A DNA stretch of 64,000 bases, taken from NCBI GenBank assembly GCA_963835065.1, contig CAWIEK010000044.1, positions 384,001 through 448,000 of the forward strand, read 5' to 3'. A program made the position numbers and the translations under genes. Within the stretch, counting starts at the first letter, position 1. The number at the start of each line of letters is the position of its first letter. This DNA is from an uncultured Chthonomonadaceae bacterium. Lineage in GTDB: Bacteria; Armatimonadota; Chthonomonadetes; Chthonomonadales; Chthonomonadaceae. The notes below the pieces were generated by a model. That model was not told the origin of the DNA, did not search any database, and saw nothing but the letters and a program-made list of their open reading frames with translations. Below are positions 39,326 to 50,515 of this stretch, piece after piece.

Positions 39326-40192
39326 CTACTGGCCGGACATTCGCAGCAACTGCGTTTCCTCTTCGGTTTGCGCGTTCGCTGCGGGGCGCAGCAAAATGTC
39401 GGGAGTTGTGGCATGTTCCGAAGCGCGGAGCAGGGTTTGGCTGCTTTGCATCTGCTGTGCGCGCAGTTGCAGGAACGGCAGGCAATTCAACGCCGCGTCC
39501 CGAACTTCCCCATCCAGTTGTTCGTTTTGCAGCAGGCGTTCAACCGCTTCCAGTTCCGCGCCGTCGCCGATATGTTCATACGCTTTCAGCACAGACATCG
39601 CCAACTCTCTGTAGTCCGTGAACAAAACCTGCCGTAACTGTTTGCGTTGTTCACCATTGAGCAGGTGCGCATCACTCGCCTGCAAACGAGGCAGTAACCT
39701 GACTAATGCCTGCCGCGCTTCCTGCTGCGTGATTTTGTCCTCAAAGGCAAGCGCATCTGCCAATGGGCCAACCATCTTAATATCATCGAAGTTTAGCAGG
39801 TGGTGAACGTAAGAACTGCGTACATTAGGTGCAGTTGCACAAAACACGATACATATACCAAGCGGTAGCCATACTGAGTTGTACCAATGGGCGCAAGTAG
39901 GATATCCTTGACGGCTGGCGTAGACATCAATCGCAAACGATGCGATCATCCAACAGAAACTATATAGGCCCCATTTGATACGCTTATTCCAGATGTTTGT
40001 TGTAGACCGGTATCTTGTGAGCAAACGCTGCATACCATCCGGCCATTCTTCGCGTAGTTCTCTTGCAGCGGCAAGGCGTTCCGCTTCCTTTTTGCTGTCA
40101 AGGCGCGTGAGCAATTTACGGAATTGCTCATCTGCCTTCAGCGCTTCTTTGTTTGCCTTACGTTCTTCCTCTGACGGCAATCTGCGGGGCAT
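39326..40192 (-). CDS. Membrane HEAT-repeat-like protein, paralog 3
   Basis: C-terminal half is nearly identical to 37878..38723. The TM region is divergent. Confidence 0.75.
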   Translation of the reverse strand: MPRRLPSEEERKANKEALKADEQFRKLLTRLDSKKEAERLAAARELREEWPDGMQRLLTRYRSTTNIWNKRIKWGLYSFCWMIASFAIDVYASRQGYPTCAHWYNSVWLPLGICIVFCATAPNVRSSYVHHLLNFDDIKMVGPLADALAFEDKITQQEARQALVRLLPRLQASDAHLLNGEQRKQLRQVLFTDYRELAMSVLKAYEHIGDGAELEAVERLLQNEQLDGEVRDAALNCLPFLQLRAQQMQSSQTLLRASEHATTPDILLRPAANAQTEEETQLLRMSGQ

Positions 40193-40195
40193 GGC

Positions 40196-41941
40196 TCACC
40201 ACTCCGGGGGCTGAATGTCTTCGATCATGAATTGGATGCTGCGCCTGCCGTTCCACACGTTGAATTGGGGCTTGTAGCACACGTCTAAGGTTTGGCCGAT
40301 GTCTAAGCCGTCGGCCAGTTCGCCCCGCGAGAACCAGGGACACTGGACGCTGTCGCGCCCGTTCAGGCCGTCCGCGCGCAGGGTCAGGCGCAAATGCTGC
40401 TTTTCCGCGCCCATGCGACTCACTTCCACAATCGGGACGCCCCGGCTGACAAACAGCGGCTCGTGATTGCTTGCTGCCAAAAGGCGCAAGCGTCTGCATC
40501 TGATCCAGCAATTGCGGGCATATTTCGCCGGGAGCGACTTCGACGGCTACATCCAGCGTGGGCTGCAAATCCTCGTCCGAAAGCAGCGAACCGGCCAATC
40601 GCGCCATCTGCGCGGTGAAATCTTCGACGTTTTCCTGCCGGATGCCCAATCCCGCCGCGTACTCGTGCCCGCCGTACTCATCCAGCAAATCCTTGCAGGC
40701 GTCTATGGCCTTGAAGATGTTGAACGCGCGGATGCTGCGGGCGGAACCCCGGCCCACGCCCGTCGCCTCGTCCATCGAAATCACGATGCACGGACGGTTG
40801 AACCGCTCCATCATCTTGCTTGCCACCAGCCCGACAATGCCGCCCGTCCAGCCATTCCCCGAAATCACCAGGCACTTCGACTCGGCCATGTCCTGCCGCG
40901 CCACCTGATCCATCGCTTCTTCAAAAATACGCGCCTGATCGTCCCGCCGCTGCAAATTGAACTCGTTGAGCTGCTGCGCCAGCCGTTCGCCTTCCTGCGC
41001 GTCTTTGGTCATCAGCAAGTCGAGGGCAATGCGGGTTTCGTTCACGCGGCTTGCGGCATTGAGGCGCGGCCCCATCGCGTGGCTGACCGCCCGCGTATCC
41101 AAATCCTTGTCCTTGTAGCCGCACACGTCAATGAGGGCGCGCAGGCCGGGCTTTTTGGTGGCTTGCAGCGCTTCCAGGCCGTACTTGACAATGATGCGGT
41201 TTTCGTCCATCAGGGGCATCACGTCGGTAATGGTTCCAATGGCGGCAAGGTCGAGAAACGCTTTGCGATACCCGTTCGGGCTGTGGCCTAAATAGCGCGT
41301 CAGGGCTTCGCCCATCTTGAACGCCACGCCCACGCCCGCGAGATTGGCAAACGGGTATCTGGAATCCTTGCGGTGCGGGTTGACGACGGCAATAGCGCGG
41401 GGCAGTTCGCCGCTCGTATTGGGCGTGTGGTGATCCGTGATAATCACGTCTATGCCGGCTTCTCGCGCGTGTTCCACTTCTTCCACGCGCTGGATGCCGC
41501 AGTCCGTCGTGACAATGAGTTTTACGCCCTCATTCTTGGCCTCCTCAATAAACTTTTTGCGCATGTCGTAGCCGTCGCGCCCACGATGCGGCACGAACAC
41601 GTCCACATCCGCGCCCAAACTGCGCAAAACCCGCGTCCACAGCGCAGCCGAAGTCACGCCATCGCCGTCATAATCGCCATGCACCCGAATTTTCTCCCCA
41701 TTGGCAAGCGCTTGTTTCAGGCGTTCGCAAGCCTTTTCCGCGTCCGGGAGCAAAAACGGGTCGTGCAGCCGGTCAAGCGAGGGATTGAGAAAGCGCTCGG
41801 CGGCTTCGGGCGTGTCCAATCCCCGCTGCACGAGCAGTCGCGCAAGAATGGGATGAACGCCCAGTTCGATTTGCAGCCGCGCTTCGGCCTGTATATCATT
41901 GGGCAGCATTTTCCAGCGTTTGGAACGTGGGATCGTCGCAT
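40196..41941 (-). CDS. recJ: Single-stranded-DNA exonuclease RecJ (frameshift near 40475; probably another near the start)
   Basis: Motifs HGDYDGDGVTS, TTDCG, ITDHH, GTITDVMPL, GPRLNA, GSARS and GGHEYAAG. The frame switches at APFG|NHEP. Confidence 0.95.
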
Positions 41942-41949
41942 AATAGTAA

Positions 41950-43143
41950 TTACAAGCCTGCTCGACGGTCTACTTCATCCGCCAAAGCCGTCAGTAAATC
42001 GCGGGGAGTTGCCACCCCGCGCCCTCCAGGATATAGTTTTCTGCCCTTTTCCAAATCCGACCACGCTTTTGCGGCAAGCTCATACGTTTTGGGCTGTTTG
42101 ATTTCTTCACAACCCAACTCCCCGCATGTAGCGTCTATCCATTCCTGAGCAAACGGTTCTCGATCTTCAGTAGCTAAAAGAGGCAGTTCGATACTGCGGC
42201 GTTGCATTCGTGAGTAGAGAGCATCGTAGCTGCTTTGAAAGCGTATACGGACTTCTTCATTGCGCGTCAATCAATTTGTTGCTGCGCTGATGTCCGGCGA
42301 CCATGCAAGCACAAGGCCGATAGGCGTCCCTTTATTGTCTATTTCATCTACCAGCCCTCGCAAATCGGTTAAAATTCGTGAACGCCGCAACTCGCTGAAT
42401 GTTGGGCGGAACAGGTCTTCCAACTGGTCAACAAACAGGAAGAAGGTTCGCAGTACGTTGACATCAGCGGCAATGCGAATAAGTTCTGCTACGACGCCAA
42501 TTAGCTCTCCCTCCCAGTCTAACTTTCGGTGTAAGCCAACAAGTTTCGCTTCCGCTGCCGCCAAAGGAGAACGTTGAAGCCAGCGAGAAATCAGACGAGA
42601 ATGTTCTTTTCGCTTGTCTCCATGTAACTTCTGCGCGCGCTGTAAAGCCGCTGCAAGCGTTCCATGGGCATCAGGAACAGGAGTGTTGGACGTAACAATG
42701 CCCCACACGACAGGCAAAACACCGTCGGGAAGCGCTTCAGAAAAATGCAGGGCCATGCGTTCAAGAGCCGTAATAAGTATGCCGCCGACACTGGCGCGAC
42801 TATAACCTGTCTCGGATAGTAGCACCAACTCACAAGCAATCTTCTCCTTTGGTGGAGAACTTAGCAAGCTTCTACGCAGGTACTGAAGAATGCGCGTTTT
42901 ACCTGCGCCAATGTTGCCAACAATTGACAAGGCGGTTCGGCTACGTCCCGTATGCACATCCTGAATCCACTGCTTTATATCGTCAACTTGTGCCTGAATA
43001 TGACCGGTATAAAATGGCCCGAATGTGCTGTTTTGTTCGTCAGCAGACGCCCGAAACGGATTGCGAGGGTAGCCTAATCGCTCATAAGCGTGTTCGGATT
43101 CCTCCACAATCGAATCTTGAAATATATCGAACACATTGGTCAT
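41950..43143 (-). pseudogene. P-loop ATPase split by an in-frame TGA at 42271-42273
   Basis: GYPRNPF, GNIGAGKT and FLFVDQLEDL. ORF 41950..42270 continues in the same frame (YDALYSR). Confidence 0.75.
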
Positions 43144-45112
43144 GATGTCCTCACGATGAAACGAACGGGGCCACTTCTGCCAAAAGTGAGCGTTCCGGGC
43201 GACACGGGCCGAAAATGGTAGCCTTCTGAACTTAGTTCTACGATGTTTTCTGTGGAATTGGTATCAGCCGTGCCGCCGGTTCGCCCTTCAAACGGCAGTG
43301 TTGGTAGCAGCGCCCATAATCGTGTCAAAGCAATTTCGGTTCGCGCAGGAGTAAGTTTGAGATGTTGTCCTGTGAGTACGCATAACTGCTCAGTAGACAA
43401 TGTATCGTTGACGTTTGCAAGCCATTGGTACAAAGCAGATTGAAACTCCGAAATAGAGACAGAAGCATCCCCTACGTACAATCCCGAACCAATCTGCTCA
43501 TTCTGCGCAACCTGTCCCAATGCTCTTGCCATTAAAATTTGGCTACGAATTCGACTGCTTAATTTCATGTGCGCATTTATTCGCAGGTTTTCAAGCGCTG
43601 ATCTATACCCAGGCAATCGTCGTAGCTCTGCATGAAACCAGTCAAGGTCATTGTGCATCCATTTAGCCCGGAACTCTATAAGACGGGGGCCACCCTCTTC
43701 TCCGTCAGGACTGATTGCGCCTAGTGCTATCAAGACACGCAACACTTCGTTTGTTGTTCCCTCAGATGGTAATGTAGATACTATGCCATCATCTTTGATT
43801 TTATCCCATAGCATTTCAAAAAAAAATTCGCGAGTGGGGCGTAGACCCGCGGGGGCAGAAATATGTTCTTCAATTTGTACAGGCGCAAGAAGCCATCCGC
43901 CATCCGTTAGAGCGGGAACGCTTTCTTGAACCTGCTCAATGTCAGAGAAGATGAATCAACAGTAGGCTCATTCCCTGTTGTTTCTACAGATGTATTAGGT
44001 TCACTACCTACAACTTCGGGATTGCTGTCTGTAATCTCCGGCACGATAATGGTTGGTTGTGGGGTGCTAATCTGCTCAATTTTCACCCATGGATCCGCCC
44101 AATCTGAAGGGGCGCCTCTGTAAACATTCTCCGCAGGTTCAATACTCCACTTCCCTCCTGCGCTCTCTAGTACGATGAAAGAACAGGCCGCCAGAATGTC
44201 CCAAAGAAAACGTCCGGTTGTAGGTATGGTTGCTGTACCAAGAGGCCCCTTCGGTTGCCACCACCCACGCGCGGCAACTTTGCCACGCATTGCCTTCGCC
44301 CGATTGTCGTCGGCAGCCGCATACAAAACATTTTCCGCGCCAAGAGCGTTGGCAGCAGCGCGGGCGTGGTCGTGATCACCTGTTAGATAAACGATACGCG
44401 CATTGCGGGGTTGATCTCGGATTAGTCCTCGTGCCAGTTCTATATGCAACATATCCGCATCAGGCGACCTTCTTGCTGTTTCATCTCGCAATTTCGCGAG
44501 CATCAAGGCTCCCTGTTCCGGTGATAAGCGATCTACGACAACACCATCAGGAGGCGACTTTTCCGTAGTTCGTAAACCAAGACAATACTGTGTGTGCTTT
44601 GACCACTTTTCAGTAGTACGCGCCATCCGCATCTCTCGATAACGGATGGGCCATGCTGCAAACTCTCTATCAACAACTGCTGATGTAACCAATTCTGCAC
44701 AACCTTCAAATGCCGTTAACAGCCATGAAGCAACGCCTCGGCCTAAAGCATTGGTATCGCAGCAAAAGCGCAAACGTCGTCGTTCATGCAGCAGATCGGC
44801 AAAACGTTTCTGGTCAATAACAGGAGGTACTAAACTCGTTGCCGTAAGTACAGCCGCCCATCCGTTCCACCACTTACCATCATTCTTTGTAAAGGCAGTG
44901 GCTCCCATGTTATGGACTTCAATGACAGGCTCTTCGGGAATCAGGATGCGAACAGTATGGGCATACTTTCCGTGAAGTCCGAACAGGTCCAAAGTTGTTG
45001 TAGTAGGTGTTAATTTTCCACGAAGGCCACCGGATACCTTGATGTGACTGTGTGCTTCAAAGACAGAATCAACCCAATCACTAAGTTCTTCAACACGAAT
45101 GTGCTGTATCAT
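43140..45112 (-). pseudogene. PIN-like domain protein with C-terminal helical/wHTH-like region, apparently one gene frameshifted near 43950
   Basis: FCCDTNAL, DADMLH and YLTGD fit the PIN acidic pattern. The frame of ORF 43140..43814 stays open upstream to about 43945 (DIEQVQESVPALTDGGWLL...). Confidence 0.6.
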
Positions 45113-45118
45113 TTCTTT

Positions 45119-45607
45119 CTACTCACCAACATTCTGACCGACAAAGAGTATCTTTGTTCCAAGTCCTTGAAGAATAATAAAACGTTGCAAAGCCATCGCA
45201 AGCACAATTACGGTGTATATGGGTATACCATCAAATTGTGACAAATCCACCAGCCGTCCGGCAGTGCCTTGCGGTGACAAACCGACCTCGCCAAGTTCTG
45301 TTTGTGTTGTATGCGCAAACTCGGCAAGTTCTGTTTGTAACGTTTTAAGTTCGCTCACTGAAATTTCAGTGCGAGTATTAGAATTAAGCCAAGTTTCCAG
45401 TTTCTTCCGCGTATCTGAAGCGTCTGGTAATGCCCTGATAACTTCATTTACCAACGCGGACGGTATACCCTCGTAAAACTCTTCACGAAAATAAAATTCG
45501 ATTGCGTTTGTGTTATCGTTCAACGCCGTTTCTGTTCCTTCTACTATGAACTGCCAACAATACGCGGAACCAGCACTATTCGAGCGTATAGTAACCGCTT
45601 CTACAAA
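45119..45607 (-). pseudogene. C-terminal fragment of an unknown protein (5'-truncated)
   Basis: The frame is open without an ATG right up to the wecB stop codon. Low GC. Confidence 0.5.
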
Positions 45608-46739
45608 TTAAAGCGCGGTCTTCAGAACGGCAACAATCTGTTTTGCCGCCCGTCCGTCACCATAAGGATTTAGGGAGCGGGCCATTTCCGCGTGGGCGGT
45701 GGGATTGGTGAGAAGTTCGCGGGCGGCAGTCACGATGGCATCCGTATCAGTTCCGATGAGTTTGGTCGCGCCCGTGTTGGCGGCTTCCTGCCGTTCGGTT
45801 GTGTGGCGCAGGACCAGGACGGGCACATCCAGCGCCGGCGCTTCTTCCTGGACGCCGCCGCTGTCGCGTCAAAATCAGGGTTGCGCGCTGCATCAGTTTG
45901 ACAAACGGAACATAGTCCTGCGGCTCCACCAGATGAACGCGCTCTACATTGCCCAAAATGCCCCGCAGCGTGTCGCGCACAACCGGGTTTTTGTGCAGGG
46001 CGACAACCGTTTCCGTGTCCGCGTGTTCCTGCGCGATCTCGGCGACGGCATGGGCGATTCGCGCCATTGGCTCGCCCCAGTTTTCGCGCCGGTGCGCCGT
46101 GACCACAATCAGCCGCTTATCGCCTTCTACAACCTGCCGCAGTTCCGGCTCCTCGAACGTGTACGGGCGGGCGGCAACGGAGCGCAGGGCGTCAATGCTC
46201 GTATTGCCCGTAACGTAAATCGTGGCGGGGGCAATGCCCTCTTGGAGAAGGTTCTGGCGCGTGTCTTCGGTCGGAGCGAAATGCCAGCGCGCCAATCGGC
46301 CCGTCAGCAGGCGGTTGATTTCTTCGGGAAAGGGATCGTAAAGCTGGTGGGTGCGCAGGCCGGCTTCCACATGCCCGAAAGCGGTTTTGTGGTAGGACGC
46401 GGCGAGCGACGCGACAAAGGTAGTGGTCGTATCCCCCTGCGCCAGGCAAATGTCGGCGGGATGCGCGGTCAGCCAGGCGTCCAACCCGATAAGGGCGCGG
46501 GTCGTGATTTCGGTCAGGGTTTGCCCATGCTGCATAATGGCAAGGTCGTGGTCGGGCGTCAGGTCGAAGATGCGCAGCACCTGATCCAGTTGTTCGCGGT
46601 GCTGCCCGGTGACGACGACCTGCACGGCAAACGCTTCGGGAAAACGGCGCAATTCCTGAACGACGGGAGCCATTTTCACGGCGTCCGGGCGCGTTCCAAA
46701 CACGCACAACACGCGGGTAGGGGAAGACATTGTACTCAT
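45608..46739 (-). CDS. wecB: UDP-N-acetylglucosamine 2-epimerase (non-hydrolysing), 1-nt frameshift near 45867
   Basis: Motifs FGTRPDAVKMAP, TGQHRE, QGDTTT, HVEAGLR and TAHRREN. LT|DSGGVQEE is broken by one extra base. Confidence 0.95.
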
Positions 46740-46756
46740 AGTATAGAGTACCTTAG

Positions 46757-46783
46757 AAAGCCGGCATTTCTCAACCGGCTTTC
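46757..46783 (-). terminator. Stem-loop after the GH172 gene
   Basis: aaagccgg-N10-ccggcttt inverted repeat. Confidence 0.5.
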
Positions 46784-46796
46784 TGCGGCAAGAGCA

Positions 46797-47900
46797 TTAA
46801 ATCACTTCCAGTCCGTTTATATCCGGCAGGGCGGGGAAGGGGGCGTGTGGCTCGGCCTGATACCAGAACGCGGTACTCGCAATGTCGTCCTGAAGCGGCA
46901 GGTAGCGCCCGCCGCTGCGCCAGCCAAGCGCCTGAATGGTCACTTTCAAGTCCTGCTCGAAGCGGATGGGGTCGGGAATGTGCCAGCGGTACATGCCGTG
47001 CCGCTGCTGGCTGCGGTACATGCCCGCCTGCCCCGCCATGAGAACCTGCGGCATCCCCAAAAACGCGGTAGAAAACACGCCATACTGCCCCTGCGGATGC
47101 TCGAAGTTCCACGCGCCGCCGAAATAATCTTCCGTGCCCGTGCCCGCAATGGTCGGAAACTCGCCGTCGCCGTCCATAAAGAACTTGATTTCGCCCTCGC
47201 CCCACCAGCCCGTATTATTGACCTGCCACGCCAGATACGTGCCCACATACTGCCCCTGCCCCGTCACGCCATCCAGCAGGGTATGCACTTCGGCGTAAGG
47301 CAGGGGATTGCTGCGCCGAAACTGCGCATGAAGGTACGCGGCATCGTCCGGCACATCCGTCAGGGCATACGTGATCTGATAGTAGTACCCCTTGCACTCT
47401 TCTTCCGTCAGGTTTTCCAGCGTAATCCGCGCCGATTTGCGGAACGGCATTTCCCAATAGGAGTTGAACGCGCCGGCGGGGTTGACGGCAATCGGCAGGC
47501 TGCTGATGTTGCAGCGTTCGCACCAGCCGTTGCAGAAAAAGTCGCCGAACGGCGTTTCAATGGAAGGCGTGTCTTCGCCATCCCAGTACACGCGCAGAAT
47601 AAGCCGCCGCCACCAGTTGGGCGCGCACGTATTCCAGATGTGCTGAATGGCTCCCGGACCCTCGATTTCGGCCAGCGTGACCGTTTGGCGCGGCCCGATA
47701 TGGATGGACGGCGAAACCTTCCAGCCCTGGCCGAGTTCGCGGGCGGCGTTGGCTCCGGTTCCCTCCGTCGCCATGCCCGCCTTGCCCTTTTCGCCCGTAA
47801 AGTTTTCCGCGCTGATGGAGCGCGTTTTCGCCTTCGACAGCCGCGAGATGTTGTGCAGTCCCATGCCCAGCCCGTTGAACGGTTCGTTGGATGATGCCAT
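46797..47900 (-). CDS. Glycoside hydrolase family 172 (DUF2961)
   Basis: Motifs TRSISAENFTGEKG, GPGAIQHIW, YLHAQFRR, WWGEGE, GTGTEDYF and YRWHIPDPIRF. Confidence 0.93.
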   Translation of the reverse strand: MASSNEPFNGLGMGLHNISRLSKAKTRSISAENFTGEKGKAGMATEGTGANAARELGQGWKVSPSIHIGPRQTVTLAEIEGPGAIQHIWNTCAPNWWRRLILRVYWDGEDTPSIETPFGDFFCNGWCERCNISSLPIAVNPAGAFNSYWEMPFRKSARITLENLTEEECKGYYYQITYALTDVPDDAAYLHAQFRRSNPLPYAEVHTLLDGVTGQGQYVGTYLAWQVNNTGWWGEGEIKFFMDGDGEFPTIAGTGTEDYFGGAWNFEHPQGQYGVFSTAFLGMPQVLMAGQAGMYRSQQRHGMYRWHIPDPIRFEQDLKVTIQALGWRSGGRYLPLQDDIASTAFWYQAEPHAPFPALPDINGLEVI

Positions 47901-48134
47901 GATGCGCTGTTTTTCCTCCGTTGGAATTGCGCGTTTGCTTAACCCTGCCGCGTATCGGCATCAGGAAAGGACGCGCTCACTTATGGCGCAACATTCGTGA
48001 ACCGACAGGGCAATTCCTTCCAAAGCAAGAAAATAGAAAAGAGATATTAGCCGCGAATACACGCGAATGGACGCGAATAGATTCATGGCAGGAAAACGGC
48101 TTAAACATATGAACACGGTACTTGTTCTGAATGT

Positions 48135-48167
48135 GCCTGCATCAGCGTTGGCAGGCCGTGCTATAAT
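48135..48167 (+). promoter_or_regulatory. Extended -10 promoter with adjacent palindromic operator for the TA pair
   Basis: GCCTGC-N10-GCAGGC, then TGcTATAAT, then an AGGAGG RBS. Confidence 0.6.
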
Positions 48168-48187
48168 AGGGCAGGAGGAACCCGATC

Positions 48188-48448
48188 ATGCAATCTGCTC
48201 TGAAACTGCGAACCACCATTCTGCCCGGCCATCGCATCGAAGTCACCGCGCCCGAACTGCCGGAAAGCGGGGAAGTGGAACTTATCATCGTTCTGCCGGA
48301 ACCTGCAGCGCCAACGCCGGAAGAACCGCGCCAATTTAAAAGCGTGATGGATTTTTTAAACTCTTTGACGCCCGTGCAACGCACCCCTGAAGAATGGGCT
48401 GAAGTAGAGCGCCAAATTCAAGAGGAAAAAAACTCGTGGGACTTCTGA
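48188..48448 (+). CDS. Putative antitoxin
   Basis: 86-aa acidic protein overlapping the PIN gene. Ends with EEKNSWD. Confidence 0.78.
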   Translation: MQSALKLRTTILPGHRIEVTAPELPESGEVELIIVLPEPAAPTPEEPRQFKSVMDFLNSLTPVQRTPEEWAEVERQIQEEKNSWDF

Positions 48449-48885
48449 CGCTGCCTGCCTTTGGCTCCGTGTATGTGGACGCGCAAATCGCGATTTATAC
48501 TGTGGACATTCACCCTGTTTATGCAGCCGTTTGCAAGCCACTTTGGGAGGCTGTGGCTGCAGGTACGACGCAGGCCATTAGCAGTGAATTAACTCTGATG
48601 GAAACATTGGTCATGCCACTGCGCAATGGCGATGCTGCCCTGCAATCAAGTCGTGAAGCTCTCTGGCAGCAGGCGAATACGCTTCTAATTCCCATCACGC
48701 AAGACATTCTCAGAGAGGCGGCTCGGTTACGCGCTACAATTCCTGCTTTGAAAACGCCCGATGCCATTCATGCCGCTACAGCGTTGGTTGCCGGGTGCGC
48801 GTTGTTTGTCACCAATGACTTGGGATTCAAGCGCATACCCGGCCTGCCGCTTGCGATTTTGGATGACGTTCTGGCCGCGCCTTGA
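48436..48885 (+). CDS. vapC: VapC/PIN-domain toxin
   Basis: Motifs VYVDAQ, SELTLME, LKTPDAIHAATA and FVTND. Confidence 0.9.
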   Translation: MGLLTLPAFGSVYVDAQIAIYTVDIHPVYAAVCKPLWEAVAAGTTQAISSELTLMETLVMPLRNGDAALQSSREALWQQANTLLIPITQDILREAARLRATIPALKTPDAIHAATALVAGCALFVTNDLGFKRIPGLPLAILDDVLAAP

Positions 48886-48901
48886 TGCTTTTCAAACATA
48901 G

Positions 48902-48933
48902 AAGGCCGCTGCTCAATGAAGAGCGACGGCCTT
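48902..48933. terminator. Hairpin between convergent genes
   Basis: aaggccg-ctgctc...gagc-gacggcctt. Confidence 0.5.
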
Positions 48934-48977
48934 CCAAGTGGGTTCGAAGGTTGATTACAAAAAGAGGCGTGACGAAC

Positions 48978-49607
48978 TCAGGCGTACTTGCCGGACAGGC
49001 TTTCTACGAAGCGGGCCAGGCGGTCACATTCGCGGATGGCCGTTTCCATGCGCTCGTACACGTCCTTCCACGCGACGAGCAGGCGATGGTCAAGGGCCGT
49101 GTCGCTGAACATGGCGGTTAGGCCGTGTTCAAAAACCACCTGCGCGCGATGCTCCAGCGCGTGAATCCCGGCAATCACGCCGCACAGTTCGCTGCCCCCG
49201 AACCCTCGCCGCAATAAGCAAACCATCTCCTGCGTCTGCTGCGTGATGGCTACCAGCAGGCACGAAAACGACTCCAAATCCGGGCGAGGACGCGCCAGCC
49301 GGTACAGATTGATGCGCGAACCGGCGTTCTTTACGCCAAAAGCAACCGCGTCCAGATGGTTCGTCAGCGTCTGCATGTCCTCCCGGTCCAAACACGTCAG
49401 GAATTGCGCGTTGACTTTATGCGCCAGATGCTCGTGCAGGGTATCCGCGTCCTGCTCGATGCGCTCCAGTTTTTCCATGTACGGCGCGACATGGCCTAGA
49501 TCGCCTGTGAGCGCGTAGAAGGTTTGCGCGGCTTCTCGCGCGGTTCGCGCTTGCGCTTCCAGCACATCGTAGAACGAGGTGTCGGGCCGGATTCCGAAGT
49601 AGTTCAT
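48978..49607 (-). CDS. DUF47 (PhoU-like) phosphate transport regulator
   Basis: IEQDAD, FLTCLDREDM, WKDVYERMETA.RECD. Ends with KYA. Confidence 0.85.
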   Translation of the reverse strand: MNYFGIRPDTSFYDVLEAQARTAREAAQTFYALTGDLGHVAPYMEKLERIEQDADTLHEHLAHKVNAQFLTCLDREDMQTLTNHLDAVAFGVKNAGSRINLYRLARPRPDLESFSCLLVAITQQTQEMVCLLRRGFGGSELCGVIAGIHALEHRAQVVFEHGLTAMFSDTALDHRLLVAWKDVYERMETAIRECDRLARFVESLSGKYA

Positions 49608-49668
49608 AGCAGTTCCTTTGTTGCGGGGAATTTATTATCTTCGCGGCATCTTCGCGGCTATCGCCGTC

Positions 49669-49965
49669 CTATGCCGCCTCAACCGCTCTGGCGGTTTTAG
49701 TGTCCACTTTGTCATCAATCTTGTCCTCAGCCCTGTCATCCACCTTATCTTCAACGTGGATGTCTTCCTGCGCCGCATACACCTTGAGCGCTTCTTCAAT
49801 GACCTGCGTTACCGACCACTCGGTTTTGTCGGTCAATTGGCTCAGGCGTTTGGCCCCTCTGGGACTCAGGCGCAGCGAAATCTGGCGTTCTTTCTTGGGC
49901 GTGGACTTGGCCTTTTTCTTCTTGCCGGTTCCTTTGTCGCGTTCCTCGTCGTTAGCAGCAGCCAT
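49669..49965 (-). CDS. Small ribbon-helix-helix (CopG-like) DNA-binding protein
   Basis: RQISLRLSP...LSQL...SVTQVIEEALK. Confidence 0.7.
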   Translation of the reverse strand: MAAANDEERDKGTGKKKKAKSTPKKERQISLRLSPRGAKRLSQLTDKTEWSVTQVIEEALKVYAAQEDIHVEDKVDDRAEDKIDDKVDTKTARAVEAA

Positions 49966-50147
49966 TGCAATCCAAGCCTTTTCTCGTTGTTCGTCCGCTA
50001 TAGTACGCAATAAGATGTGAACTGTCCTATAAAGAAAGACAGAGTACACCATCGCATTATCTTGCATTTCATTGGTTTGCATTATAACGCACTTTTGGAA
50101 TTTTGTCAAGAGCGGGAGGAAAAAAGAAGAAAAGAAGAAAAGAAGAG

Positions 50148-50176
50148 AAGACAGAAGACAGAAGGCAGAAGACAGG
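50148..50176 (+). repeat. Orphan heptamer arm (AAGACAG)4
   Basis: aagacagaagacagaaggcagaagacagg. Confidence 0.75.
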
Positions 50177-50515
50177 CTAATATACCTGGGCGTAAATAAC
50201 CAGTTATCTTGCGTCCGCAGGACAATTGGCCGAAGGTCTAACAACCGGCAGAGATTAAATAGTTATAATTCGGTTAGGAGCAGGCGAAAAAAAGAGTGGC
50301 AGGCAAAAGGAGAGAAAGCCTGCCACCCAAGGAAGGAAGGTGAACTCGAATCGTTTATAGTATCGGCGCTTTTGCCCGCTTTCCTTACCCCTGTAATCTG
50401 ATTAATGACAAAACCCGTATTTTTCCCTGTATCTTCCGCTCCTTTTCTCCTTTTCTTCTCTGCTTCTTTTGCTTCTTTTCTTCTTTTCAGGCGTTTTAGC
50501 GTACAATAAAGTAAT

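Noticed and set aside
15491..42273. In-frame TGA codons as evidence of stop-codon recoding or selenocysteine
   Set aside because: Many intact genes here end in TGA at the expected position (hrcA, grpE, terY, recJ), and both cases lie in loci with other lesions.
50100..50495. Purine tract (50115-50150) and pyrimidine tract (50440-50490) as a large hairpin or sRNA
   Set aside because: Complementarity is only low-complexity, and I cannot support a specific structure or RNA family.
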